Shown here: piece after piece, positions 17,759-26,863 of the stretch
How positions within the stretch are numbered: the stretch's first letter is position 1
Layout: each line of letters starts with the position of its first letter
From: Solirubrobacteraceae bacterium
GTDB lineage: Bacteria; Actinomycetota; Thermoleophilia; Solirubrobacterales; Solirubrobacteraceae
DNA: 54,417 nucleotides
Assembly: GCA_035563115.1 (NCBI GenBank)
Contig: DATMVO010000425.1
Coordinates: 1 to 54,417 of the forward strand
Reading direction: 5' to 3'
The notes under the pieces: model-generated
What the model saw: only the letters and a program-made list of their open reading frames with translations
What the model was told of the DNA's origin: nothing
The model's database searches: none
Position numbers and translations under genes: made by a program

Positions 17759-20700
17759 CTAGAGCCGCATCCCCTCGGGCACGAGCAGAGTCACCGAGGC
17801 CGGAAACAGGCGGTGCGTGGGCTCGGCGTAGCGTCCCGCGATCGCCTCCTGCTCGGCCGCGATCTCGGCCGGAATGGCGTCGAGTCGTCGCTGGAGTGCT
17901 TCCACGTCGCGCTGCACCTGACGTCGGTCTCCGGCATCCAACTCGAGCCCGGTGATGAGCGACAGCTGCGCACCGTCGTCACCGAACGCCACACGCCGGA
18001 TGGTCGTTGCAAGCTCGGTCAGCGTGGCCTCCACGTGCTCCTGCTCCGTGCGGGCACGAGCGGCGAGCGTCGCCGTCAGCTGACGTGCCCGATCGCCCGC
18101 CCTGGCGATCAACGCAGCACGTAGAGCGTCGGCCGTCTGCGCGACCTGCGGAACCAGGCGATCAGCGAGGGGCGCGGGAATCGCTGTGCTGCGTCGATGC
18201 CCGATCGCGGCGTCCGTGGCTTCGACGCCTAGCCGCTCCGGCCGGTCCCCTCCGAGACGGAGGCCCGCGAAGATGACCTGTTCGTGAAGCCGATGGCCGG
18301 CTCGCCCCGTGATCACGAGGCGCCCGTGTGCGACGGCCACCGGCGAGCCGAGCGCCGGATCGGCGTACTGCGCGGTGACGCGGTGAAGGCGATTCCCGCC
18401 CCAGACCTCAGCACGAAGCAGCGTCAGCGACAGCTGGACGAGCGGATGGCCCAAGTGAGCGAGCACGACGTCAGTTCGATTGCGCGCGACCTCGTGGTCG
18501 AACGTGATCGGCCGGCGCTCGTCGCGGCGCGCAGGATGCTCAAGTCCGATGGTCGCGCGCGACCAGCTGTCGGTCAGCGCCGGGACGATCCACGTCCCCG
18601 GCTCCGTGCCGGCCTCAAGCGGAAGTTGCCGGGCAAGGGCAAGCGCGGTGGTGACGACGCGCTCGATCCTGCCGGGACGAAGGTGCAGCGTCTCTCGGCT
18701 GGAGTGCAGCTCGTCCCGCAGGGTGGCAAGCCGCTCGCGCATGCGGCGCTCCTGCACCAGCAGCGACCTCGCGGCGCTGCGGTCCAGCAGCCGAGTCTCG
18801 TCCAGCGACGTACGCCGACCAAGCATCGCCTCCTCGATCTGCGCAGCGATGACCGGTCCGGCGCTGCCGAGGTCCAGGCGGATCTGCTCGACCTTCTTGA
18901 CGACGCGGGCGAGGAAGTCGAGGTCACCATCGAGCGCGCCGCGACCACCGGTCTCCCATCCAGCGCTGACGGTGTGATGCACCAGCACCTCGGCGGCAGG
19001 CTGACCGTGCCGGTCGATCCGGCCGTTGCGCTGCTCGAGTCTGTTCGGGTTCCACGGGATCTCCGCGTGGGCGAGCAAGTGGCACTGCCGCTGGAGCGAG
19101 ATGCCCTCGGAAGCCGCGTCCGTAGCCAGGAGCACCCGGACCGGGTAGTCGCTCGGCGGCTCTTGCCACTGGCCCTTGATGCGCTCTCGCTCGTCGGGCT
19201 GAGTCGTTCCGTCGAGAAGCTCGACGCGCTCCCCCGCGATGCCGCGAACAGCCAGGCGCTCTTGCAGGTACCGCTGCGTCGCGCGGTACTCGGTGAAGAC
19301 GATGACCCGCTCGTCTCGTCCGACGTTCTCCTCGACCCAGTCGAGCAGCCTGGTCGTGCGGGCGTCCTCGGCCGTCTCCTTCCGGCGGGCCCAGTCGAGC
19401 ATCCGGTCGAGAAGCCTGAGCTCCTCGGCAGTCGGCTGATCCTTCTCCGCCCGTGCCGCTGCCTCGATCGCCTCGCGGGCCGCGTCTCCGACGCCGTCCT
19501 CGGCGGACTCCTCACCGGGATCGTTCGCGGCGTCCTCGAACAGCCGTTGGAGGACGTTCGGGGTCGGTGCAGCCACGCTGCGGCGCCCGGAAAGCAGCGT
19601 CTCGCGATGCACCTCGAGCGTGCGAACGAAGGCCCTCGGTGACGAGAAGAGGCGCTTCTTGAGGAGCGTCACGATGAAGTCCGCCGCCGCGGTCCCTGCC
19701 GGGTCGGTGCCGAGGCGCCGCGCGCGAGCGGCGCCGTAGGCGGCCAGGTCGGCGTGCACTGCGCGCTCGTTTTCGGGGTGCTCGACCTCGAGCATCTTCA
19801 CACGCCGCCGCGCGAAGCGCGGCGAGCCGTCCTCGTTGACCAGCTCCTGCTTGAGCCGGCGCACCGTCACTTCCTGGACCGCCTCAGGCGTTGGGCGGAT
19901 CCCGCGCGCGAAGCGGTGCGGATCGAGGAGCTCGAGCAGGGCCGCGAAGGAGTTGTCGTAGCCGTTGTGCGGCGTTGCGGAAAGGAACAGCCGATGTTCG
20001 CAGTGCGGTGACAGCGTGCGGATCGCGGCCGTGCGCAGCGTGTCCCGCGCGTACCGACCGGAAGAGCCGGCCGGTGCGCAGTTGTGGACCTCGTCGACGA
20101 TCAGCACGTCGTAGCTCCGCGGGATCTGCGGGTGCGCGGGCAGGACCTCGCGAAGCAGCCGCATTCCGAGCTCGCCCTTCAGCCAGTCGATCGAGACGAT
20201 GAGCCGCGGGAAGTGCGCGAACGGGTTCGCTCCGACGCCCCGAGACCGGCGGAGCCGACCGAGGAGCTCTCGGTCGACAATGCGGAACTCGAGCCCGAAC
20301 TTGTCTCGCATCTCGTCACGCCACTGCACCTGGAGCGACGCCGGGCAGACGACGAGCGCTGTCCTCGCGCGGTGCCGCAGCAGCAGTTCCTGCATGACGA
20401 GCCCCGCCTCGATCGTCTTGCCGAGACCCACGTCGTCCGCGACGAGCAGCGTCGTCCGTGGCATACGCAGGGCCCGGACGACCGGTTCGAGCTGGTAGTC
20501 CTCGAGGACGATGCCGCTGCGGAAAGGGGCCTGGAGGGAGCGCTGATCCGCGCTCGTCACCGCGCCCCAGCGGACCGCATCGAGGAACGCCTCGAGCTCA
20601 GCCGGGTCGTCAAGTCGGTCAGGTGCGATATCGGGCAGCTCCGCACGCTCGACGACTGCGGTGCCCGGCTCGATCTCCCACACGACGCTGAGCTCTTCGC

Positions 20701-20881
20701 CGGTGGCGTCGTCCTCGACCGACACGAGAGAGACGAGGTGCTGCACTGGGCGATCGTCGAACGACGCTTGCGCGTCGCGAACGACGTCGCCGACCACCCA
20801 CATCCGTCCACGCACGCGCGCGAGCTGGCCGGGCTCGGGAGCTCGCGCCCGCGGAGTGACCTCGGGCTCGTGGATCGTCAC
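17759..20881 (-). CDS. drmD: DISARM DrmD, SNF2-family helicase
   Basis: 1040 aa. It has LLVADDVGLGKTIEAGL (motif I), LIVDEVHN (motif II), and the helicase-C motifs LLATDAASEGISLQ and NRLEQRNGRIDRHGQ. Confidence 0.85.
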   Translation of the reverse strand: MTIHEPEVTPRARAPEPGQLARVRGRMWVVGDVVRDAQASFDDRPVQHLVSLVSVEDDATGEELSVVWEIEPGTAVVERAELPDIAPDRLDDPAELEAFLDAVRWGAVTSADQRSLQAPFRSGIVLEDYQLEPVVRALRMPRTTLLVADDVGLGKTIEAGLVMQELLLRHRARTALVVCPASLQVQWRDEMRDKFGLEFRIVDRELLGRLRRSRGVGANPFAHFPRLIVSIDWLKGELGMRLLREVLPAHPQIPRSYDVLIVDEVHNCAPAGSSGRYARDTLRTAAIRTLSPHCEHRLFLSATPHNGYDNSFAALLELLDPHRFARGIRPTPEAVQEVTVRRLKQELVNEDGSPRFARRRVKMLEVEHPENERAVHADLAAYGAARARRLGTDPAGTAAADFIVTLLKKRLFSSPRAFVRTLEVHRETLLSGRRSVAAPTPNVLQRLFEDAANDPGEESAEDGVGDAAREAIEAAARAEKDQPTAEELRLLDRMLDWARRKETAEDARTTRLLDWVEENVGRDERVIVFTEYRATQRYLQERLAVRGIAGERVELLDGTTQPDERERIKGQWQEPPSDYPVRVLLATDAASEGISLQRQCHLLAHAEIPWNPNRLEQRNGRIDRHGQPAAEVLVHHTVSAGWETGGRGALDGDLDFLARVVKKVEQIRLDLGSAGPVIAAQIEEAMLGRRTSLDETRLLDRSAARSLLVQERRMRERLATLRDELHSSRETLHLRPGRIERVVTTALALARQLPLEAGTEPGTWIVPALTDSWSRATIGLEHPARRDERRPITFDHEVARNRTDVVLAHLGHPLVQLSLTLLRAEVWGGNRLHRVTAQYADPALGSPVAVAHGRLVITGRAGHRLHEQVIFAGLRLGGDRPERLGVEATDAAIGHRRSTAIPAPLADRLVPQVAQTADALRAALIARAGDRARQLTATLAARARTEQEHVEATLTELATTIRRVAFGDDGAQLSLITGLELDAGDRRQVQRDVEALQRRLDAIPAEIAAEQEAIAGRYAEPTHRLFPASVTLLVPEGMRL

Positions 20882-20995
20882 GCTGGGTCGCTGAGCGACA
20901 TCCGGGCCGCCGTGTCAGAACCGCGGTTCATACAGAGCCTTGTGTATCACGGACGCCGCATGCTCGACGGCTCTGCATCGAGTCGTCCGGTCCGC

Positions 20996-22159
20996 TCAGC
21001 CTCGCTTCATCGGCGGTCCATGCTCCTCGATCGCAGCGAACGTCGACGCCACCCAACCTCCGAGGCTCTCGCCCTGTTCGGCGAGCGTGCCACCGCGGAG
21101 GACCTCGTGCGGAAGCGCGACGCGCTGCAGCCGTTCGTGGTCGCCACGCCATCGGCGGAGCGTCACCCGCTCGTCACCACGTCGCAGCCCTGACGTCAGG
21201 CGCTCCCGCCAGTCGTGGTCATCACTCGTGAACTCGCCACCCCGCGGCTTGCTCAGCCCGGCCATCACGAAGACCCGGCCGGCGGGAACCCCGAGGTCGC
21301 CTCCGCGCGATTGGTCCAGCTTCCAGTCAAGCCACGCGCCGTCCCAAGCATCCCCTTCCTCCGATAGATCCAGCGGCCAGGTTTGCCAGTAGCCGACCCC
21401 GTAATGGGCTCTGGAACCGCGACGACGTTCGTCGTTGCACGTCCCGCGCGCCTGGACCAGCAGGTCCGACGCCGCCTCCACGACGACGGTCAGCGCCTCG
21501 CGGGCCTCCGCCCCGTACGCGAGGGCGGTCAGGTGCTCGGGCCCTAGGGCGTCCAGGTCCATCAGGTTCTCCTCCTGCAGATAGGCGATCCATTCGTCGA
21601 CGAGGAACCGTTGCACCGCGTCGCCGACCTTGAACGTCGCAGCCTGCGCAGCCGTCGCCTGCCACGACCGCTGGGGAACCGCGGTTGGAACCTCCCGCTC
21701 GGGGGCGGGAAGGTCAGGCCGCGGCGCCAGAAGAACGACGGCACCCGGATGGTCGGGGCGCAGCTTGACGTAGTCATGCAGCTGGCCAGTGTGCGGCGAA
21801 GTTCCGTGCTTTACCTCGACCCAGACCACCGCCGCAGTGGGACTTGTCGAGTGCGACTCGTGAAAGCGCAGCTCAAGATCGACGATCCGGGCAGCGGCAC
21901 GCACCTGGGTCCGGACCGTGACCGCGGCATCCGGCGGAAGCCGAGCGATCACACCGCACGCATCCGCCGTCAAGGATGTTGCTCGCTCACGCCCCGCGAC
22001 ACGGCCCGGATCCAACCATCGGAGAGCGAGGGTGCGAGCGAGCCCGCCGACGCGCTCCAAGACGGCGGCCGTGACCTCCGTCAGCCGATCTTCGCCAGGG
22101 TCCACGGCATCCGTCGGCACGTACTTCGTCACTCGCGAGAAGACGCTGCTGCGACGCAC
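20996..22159 (-). CDS. Hypothetical protein with a PD-(D/E)xK nuclease-like core
   Basis: 387 aa. GEDRLTEVTAAVLER ... RIVDLELRF ... AAVVWVEVKHG gives a D...E.K arrangement typical of restriction-endonuclease-fold proteins. It is on the same strand as drmD, 114 nt upstream. Confidence 0.4.
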   Translation of the reverse strand: MRRSSVFSRVTKYVPTDAVDPGEDRLTEVTAAVLERVGGLARTLALRWLDPGRVAGRERATSLTADACGVIARLPPDAAVTVRTQVRAAARIVDLELRFHESHSTSPTAAVVWVEVKHGTSPHTGQLHDYVKLRPDHPGAVVLLAPRPDLPAPEREVPTAVPQRSWQATAAQAATFKVGDAVQRFLVDEWIAYLQEENLMDLDALGPEHLTALAYGAEAREALTVVVEAASDLLVQARGTCNDERRRGSRAHYGVGYWQTWPLDLSEEGDAWDGAWLDWKLDQSRGGDLGVPAGRVFVMAGLSKPRGGEFTSDDHDWRERLTSGLRRGDERVTLRRWRGDHERLQRVALPHEVLRGGTLAEQGESLGGWVASTFAAIEEHGPPMKRG

Positions 22160-22209
22160 GTAGCGGACCGTAGTCCTTACGCCCCGGACGAGCGCGCGAG
22201 GGGAACCGC

Positions 22210-23069
22210 CTACGAGCCGGTGAACGGCGGGAGGCGCTCCGCAAGCCGGCGCGCAGCCCGGTCCACGGCCGCCGGAGAAGCCTGTCCTGCGAGCCGAAGA
22301 CGTGTAAGTACCTGCGCAGGCGTCAGCACCGGGACACCATCAACTTTCGGCACCCCCAGCCTCACGAACCGTCCGTGGGGAAAACACAGAAGCGGCGTCA
22401 CCGGCTGCGCGTGCGTGTCGACGCCATCGAGCGCATTGGTGACCGCGTCGGTCTGCCCCCGCATGCCGGAGACGAAGAGGGTCTTGTCTCGGTCGTCGAC
22501 GTACAGCCGCGCGCCGCGGAGCGTGTCGCGCCGCTCCACCCGGCCCGCGTGAGCCTTGACATCGATGATGTAGATCCCCGACGGCGAGATCGCGAGCAGG
22601 TCTATGTCCCCTTTGCCGCCGGGCATCTGGCATCCGCTGAGGATCACGACGTGTGCATCTCCGAGACCTGCCTTCAGGTAGCCCGCTACGTCGTGCTCCG
22701 CCTGCCCCCGGTGTCGAACCCGAAGGCCCACGGTGAGTCTGCGGGCTGCACCTCGACGCGCACGCCGCCCCGCATCGCGATCGCCGCGGGCCCACGCCGC
22801 TTTGCAGCGGCACGACGGCTCGCGTGGGCTATCGCCGCCGGCCGACCGCCGGCGATCCCGGTCACGAGGGTGTCGCTGTTGATGCAGCGATGACACTTCC
22901 AGGCCCCTCCGGGCCCGCTCCACGCTGGAGCAGGAGCGGGCAACACCATCCGGCACTCGCAACACAGCTTGCTTCGGCCTCGCACCGGCACGCGCTTCCA
23001 CATGCGTCCGTTGTCGGTCCGGTGCGTCCAGCTCCTGACCAACCGCGGCTGCTTCTCGACGGACGTCAC
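22210..23069 (-). pseudogene. Zn-ribbon + NERD nuclease-related domain protein with an apparent 1-nt frameshift
   Basis: The N-terminal frame (23069-22686) gives CCECRMV...WKCHRCIN (zinc ribbon) and ...SPWAFGFDTGG. The NERD frame continues QAEHDVAGYLKAGLGDAHVVILSGCQMPGGKGDIDLLAISPSGIYIIDVKAH... The frames meet at a C5 run (22705-22709). Confidence 0.6.
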
Positions 23070-23249
23070 GGACCGTGGGCGTCATCTGGGCACCTGCGCA
23101 CGCGATGTCTCCCGTCGCGGGAAATGGCGGGAAAAACGATGGCCTCCCCGAACCGTCTCCACCGGTTCGGAGCCGTCAGAACGAAGGCACGCGAAGCTGG
23201 CGGCCCGGCCCGGTAAAGTCCTGCTCCGAGCGCGGATCGCCAGTCTCTA

Positions 23250-23314
23250 GGCGGAGGGGGAGGGATTCGAACCCTCGGTAGCGGGGTTACCGCTACAACG
23301 GTTTTCGAGACCAG
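23250..23314 (-). tRNA. tRNA-Ser(CGA)-like 3' fragment (anticodon arm, long variable arm, T arm, 3' acceptor strand); no matching 5' acceptor strand found
   Basis: The minus strand reads CTGGT-CTCGAAA-ACCGT, then GTAGCGG-TAACC-CCGCTAC (7-bp variable arm), then GAGGG-TTCGAAT-CCCTC, then CCCCTCC-G-CC. The required 5' strand GGAGGGG is absent upstream (ACACGGGGCG...). Confidence 0.5.
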
Positions 23315-23491
23315 CGCGCACGCTGCCGTACGCCCCGTGTTCAAGCCATTTTACGGCAGTTCGGGCGGGCTGTGGGGCACGATTTGGGACAGTCGACCGC
23401 AGTTGCACGGCGGTGAGCTTCAGTGCGTCGCCGCGTCGCGCCTCCCCGGCCCGCTGAACGTGCAACCAATGGGGTAGGCCCCCGTATCCCC

Positions 23492-23911
23492 GTGCGGCAT
23501 CCCCCAAACCCGTTTCAAGCAGAGTGGCCGGCCTCCCCGCGGTCGGTCGCCGACGCGCGTCACGAGGTCATGGCCGTCCTACGCGCGCACGCCACCGCCG
23601 ATCCCCCGTCCAGCGACATCGAGCTCGTGGTCTCCGAGGCGGTGTCCAACGCGATCAACCACGCCTACGTCGGCCGCGAACCTGGCCCGGTCAGGGTGCG
23701 CGTCACGATGGGCGACGAGGAGATCGAGCTCATGGTCGAAGACGACGGCAAGGGGATGAGCCCGCGCGTGGACTCCCCCGGCCTCGGACTGGGTCTGCCC
23801 CTCATCGCCCGCATGGCCGAGCGGTTCGACATCCAGAGCCCCGCGAACGGCGGCACGCGCGTGTTCGCCTGGTTCCGCCGGGACCCCGCCGCGGCCACGA
23901 TGCCCGCCTGA
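23492..23911 (+). CDS. RsbW/SpoIIAB-like anti-sigma serine kinase (HATPase_c_2)
   Basis: SVADARHEVMAVL...ELVVSEAVSNAINHAY...VRVRVTMGDEEIELMVEDDGKGM...GLGLGLPLIARMAERFDI. The start is uncertain (GTG 23492, or the ORF-track start at 23423). Confidence 0.65.
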   Translation: MRHPPNPFQAEWPASPRSVADARHEVMAVLRAHATADPPSSDIELVVSEAVSNAINHAYVGREPGPVRVRVTMGDEEIELMVEDDGKGMSPRVDSPGLGLGLPLIARMAERFDIQSPANGGTRVFAWFRRDPAAATMPA

Positions 23912-24001
23912 CCGTCCTCGCCGCCAGGTCAACCGGCGGGGAGCCGCCCGACCCTGGCCGGATAGAACGACCGAGCCGCGAGCACTACCTTCCTCGACAC
24001 G

Positions 24002-25261
24002 ATGACGACCGCGATCAGCGAGATGCCCGAGGATGAACTTGCCTCGGCCGCGGGCCTCGCGCTGCTGGAAGTCCTCAGGCGCACCCACCTGAGCGCTGCG
24101 CACGACCTGAGTACCGTCGTCGCCGAGGAAGCGCGCACGATCGGCATCGCTGGCCTGGTGATGTACCTGGTCAACCTCGAGCAGACCGAGCTGATTCCGG
24201 TCCCCGGGCCAGACACCGGCGAGCGCGAGCCGCTGTCGCTCGGCGGCACGGTCGGCGGCCGCTCGTACACCGGCGGAACGATCCTCGACACCGTGACCAA
24301 TAGCGGGCGCCGGGTGTGGCTGCCGCTGCTCGACGGGACCGAGCGCCTGGGCGTCGTGGAGCTGCTCATCGACGACCCGGACGAGCTGCCCGAGCACGTC
24401 GTGGCGATCCTCGAGCGCTATGCGCACTTCGTCGCCGGTCTCATCGTCACGAAGGACCCCTACAGCGACGTCTTCGAGCTGCTGCGGCGAAGCCAGCGGA
24501 TGACCACCGCCACCGAGCTGATGCGCGACATGGTTCCCCCGACCACGATCGCCACCGACGACTTCGTCCTCGGAACGATGCTCGAGCCGGCCTACGACGT
24601 CGGCGGCGACGCCTACGACTACGCGCTGAACCACGAGATCCTGCACCTCGGCATCTTCGACGGCGTCGGACACGGCCTTGCGGCGGCGGGCGTCTCGACT
24701 TTCGCCCTGTCGGCCTACCGGCACGCGCGCCGCACAGCGCAGGATCTTCCCGCGACGTACGCGGCCATCGACGCGGAGGTCGCCGAGCAGTACCCCACCA
24801 GCCGGTACGTCACCGCATGCCTCGCCCAGCTCGACGTCACCACCGGCCACCTGCGGTGGATCAGCGCGGGCCATCCCGCCCCGCTCCTGCTGCGTCGCGG
24901 CCGGTTCGTCAAGGAGCTCGGCGTCCACCCCTCTCCGCCGATGGGGCTCCTGTTCGCCAACCGCCCCCCGGTCATCGGGCAGGAGGCGCTCGAGCCCGGC
25001 GACATGGTGCTCTTCTACACCGACGGCCTCACCGAGTCCCGGCGGCCCGACGGCCGGCTGTTCACCACCGAACGCCTCGCCGAGTTCATCGAGCGCCAGG
25101 CCGGCAGCGGCGAAGCGGCTCCCGAAACCCTGCGCCGGCTCCGCGAAGCCATCATCGAACGCGGCGAAGGAACGCTGCGCGACGACGCCACCGCCATGCT
25201 GCTTGAGTGGCGCCGCGGCGCGCAGGAGCGCGTGCTGCCCGAGACCGTTCTCGCCGACTGA
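24002..25261 (+). CDS. GAF + PP2C/SpoIIE-family phosphatase (RsbU-like)
   Basis: DVGGDAYDYALNHEILHLGIFDGVGHGLAAAGVSTFALSAYR...VLFYTDGLTESRRPDGRLF...DDATAMLLEW are the SpoIIE motifs. The N-terminal roughly 150 aa is GAF-like. Confidence 0.75.
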   Translation: MTTAISEMPEDELASAAGLALLEVLRRTHLSAAHDLSTVVAEEARTIGIAGLVMYLVNLEQTELIPVPGPDTGEREPLSLGGTVGGRSYTGGTILDTVTNSGRRVWLPLLDGTERLGVVELLIDDPDELPEHVVAILERYAHFVAGLIVTKDPYSDVFELLRRSQRMTTATELMRDMVPPTTIATDDFVLGTMLEPAYDVGGDAYDYALNHEILHLGIFDGVGHGLAAAGVSTFALSAYRHARRTAQDLPATYAAIDAEVAEQYPTSRYVTACLAQLDVTTGHLRWISAGHPAPLLLRRGRFVKELGVHPSPPMGLLFANRPPVIGQEALEPGDMVLFYTDGLTESRRPDGRLFTTERLAEFIERQAGSGEAAPETLRRLREAIIERGEGTLRDDATAMLLEWRRGAQERVLPETVLAD

Positions 25262-25397
25262 CCGCCGTCCACCGGGCCGCAACCGAACGCATGGACACGC
25301 ACCGCGTCGGATAAGTGACCACCATCAGCTCAGTCACGGAACGACAAAGCGATAAGGCGCACGGGGCCACGCTCGCGCCCGCAGGAGGAGCGCAGCG

Positions 25398-26123
25398 GTG
25401 ACGACGTGGTGGAGGGAAGACGAGCAGACAGCGCGCGCGCTCCCGCGAAACGGACAGCTGCTCCACGCCCTGCCGGAGATGCTCGAGGCCGTCCCCCCGG
25501 AAGACCGCCACCTCGCCGTACGCGTCCTGGCTGCGCCGTTGCTGACCGCTCCTGACGGCGCTCTCGCCGACGTCCTCGCGCCGACCGACGGAGGAGCGTT
25601 CGCCTTCGTCGTCATCGACGGCGTGGTGCTGAAGGAGACGACGCTCGCCGCCAGGTCAGCGCTCGAGATGCTCGGTCCCGGCGATGTGCTCGCGCTCCCG
25701 CTCAACGCATCGCAGCAGCTCACCTCGCGCGCGGTCAGCCGGTACCTCGCCCACGGACCCGTGTCGCTCGTCGCCCTCGACGAGCGCTTCCGCCAGGCCG
25801 CCCGCCGGTGGCCGAACCTGTCCGACGTGCTGAACGACCGCCTCGCCCAGCAGACGCACCGCGCCTCCATGCACATGGCGATGCTTCACCTGCCCCGCGT
25901 CGAGGATCGGATCAAGACCTTCTTCGCCGATGTCGGCGAGCGTTTCGGCCGGATGACCACCGACGGCATCGTCATCGAGATCCGACTCACCCACGAGGCC
26001 ATCGGCCGCCTCGTCGGCAGCCGTCGACCGACCGTCAGCCTTGCCCTGAACGACCTCGCCGCAAGCGGCGAGCTCCGACGCCTCGACGGGGACGAGTGGC
26101 TCCTCCGCCCGACGGCCGACTAG
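25398..26123 (+). CDS. Crp/Fnr-family transcriptional regulator
   Basis: A cNMP-binding-like N-terminal half is followed by the C-terminal HTH IRLTHEAIGRLVGSRRPTVSLALNDLAASGELRR. Confidence 0.7.
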   Translation: MTTWWREDEQTARALPRNGQLLHALPEMLEAVPPEDRHLAVRVLAAPLLTAPDGALADVLAPTDGGAFAFVVIDGVVLKETTLAARSALEMLGPGDVLALPLNASQQLTSRAVSRYLAHGPVSLVALDERFRQAARRWPNLSDVLNDRLAQQTHRASMHMAMLHLPRVEDRIKTFFADVGERFGRMTTDGIVIEIRLTHEAIGRLVGSRRPTVSLALNDLAASGELRRLDGDEWLLRPTAD

Positions 26124-26128
26124 TCGCA

Positions 26129-26863
26129 TCAGCCTCGGACGGATCCGGCCGAGAGGACCGGCGGGAGCGTCGGCGACCGGCTTCCTTGCGGCGGCTCGGC
26201 CGTGACCACGAGCTCCTCCACGCCATCAAGCCGTGGGAGAGCGACGACCGCCGTGCCTTCGTCGCTGACCGAGAACAGCCGGTTCGTCGCCGCGAGCGGC
26301 CGGCCCGGACGGCGCAGCCACAGCTGGTAGACCTGACCGCGCGGCGGCGGCCCGAGCTCCTCGAGCACGAGCTCGGCGACGCCCGCCCGCTCGCGGAGCG
26401 TCGCGACCGCCTCGGTCTCCCGCACGGGCAGCCGTCGCTCGCTCATCGCGTCGCCGCCGTCGGACGTGACCGCCTGGCCGACCGCGAACCCGATGCCCAG
26501 CAGGGCGACGCTCGCAACCGCCGCGAGGGCCAGACGCGCGCGCGGCCTGCGCCGCGCTGCCGGCCGCGGTGCAGAAGAAGACACGAGCACGGGCCTGGCC
26601 TCCGGCGCCCGAATGTCCCCCCGGCGCGCGTCCGCGCTGACGATCTCCATCAGCCGGCGCTCCAGCGACGGCGGCGCAGCGGCGGGTTCGGCGGCGTCAA
26701 CCAGCGTGTCGGCACCCACCTGCATGAGCGCGACCTCCTGCCGGCACTCCTCGCAGGTCTGCAGGTGACGCGCGAACGCCTCGGCCTCGTCCGGCGGCAG
26801 TGCCCCCAGCACCCAGGCCGCGCACTGCTCGGCGAACGTCTCGTCGTGCGCGCCGCCGCTCAT
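26129..26863 (-). CDS. Anti-sigma factor, zf-HC2 + RskA-like domain
   Basis: The zf-HC2 motif is HLQTCEECRQEV, followed by a TM segment LALAAVASVALLGIGFAV and the RskA-type motif GQVYQLWL. The ATG overlaps the sigma gene stop (ATGA, 26860-26863). Confidence 0.7.
   Translation of the reverse strand: MSGGAHDETFAEQCAAWVLGALPPDEAEAFARHLQTCEECRQEVALMQVGADTLVDAAEPAAAPPSLERRLMEIVSADARRGDIRAPEARPVLVSSSAPRPAARRRPRARLALAAVASVALLGIGFAVGQAVTSDGGDAMSERRLPVRETEAVATLRERAGVAELVLEELGPPPRGQVYQLWLRRPGRPLAATNRLFSVSDEGTAVVALPRLDGVEELVVTAEPPQGSRSPTLPPVLSAGSVRG

Noticed and set aside
16076-18124. 682-aa plus-strand ORF
   Set aside because: It is antisense to drmMI and drmD, has an Arg-rich composition, and shows no motifs.
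23250-23345. A complete tRNA-Ser gene
   Set aside because: Manual folding gives good anticodon, variable and T arms. However, the 5' sequence (GAACACG GG GCG...) cannot pair with the 3' acceptor strand CCCCTCC and lacks U8. I report it only as a 3' fragment.
23579-25282. 567-aa minus-strand ORF
   Set aside because: It is antisense to the RsbW-like and SpoIIE-like genes, which carry clear motifs. Its composition is that of a shadow ORF.
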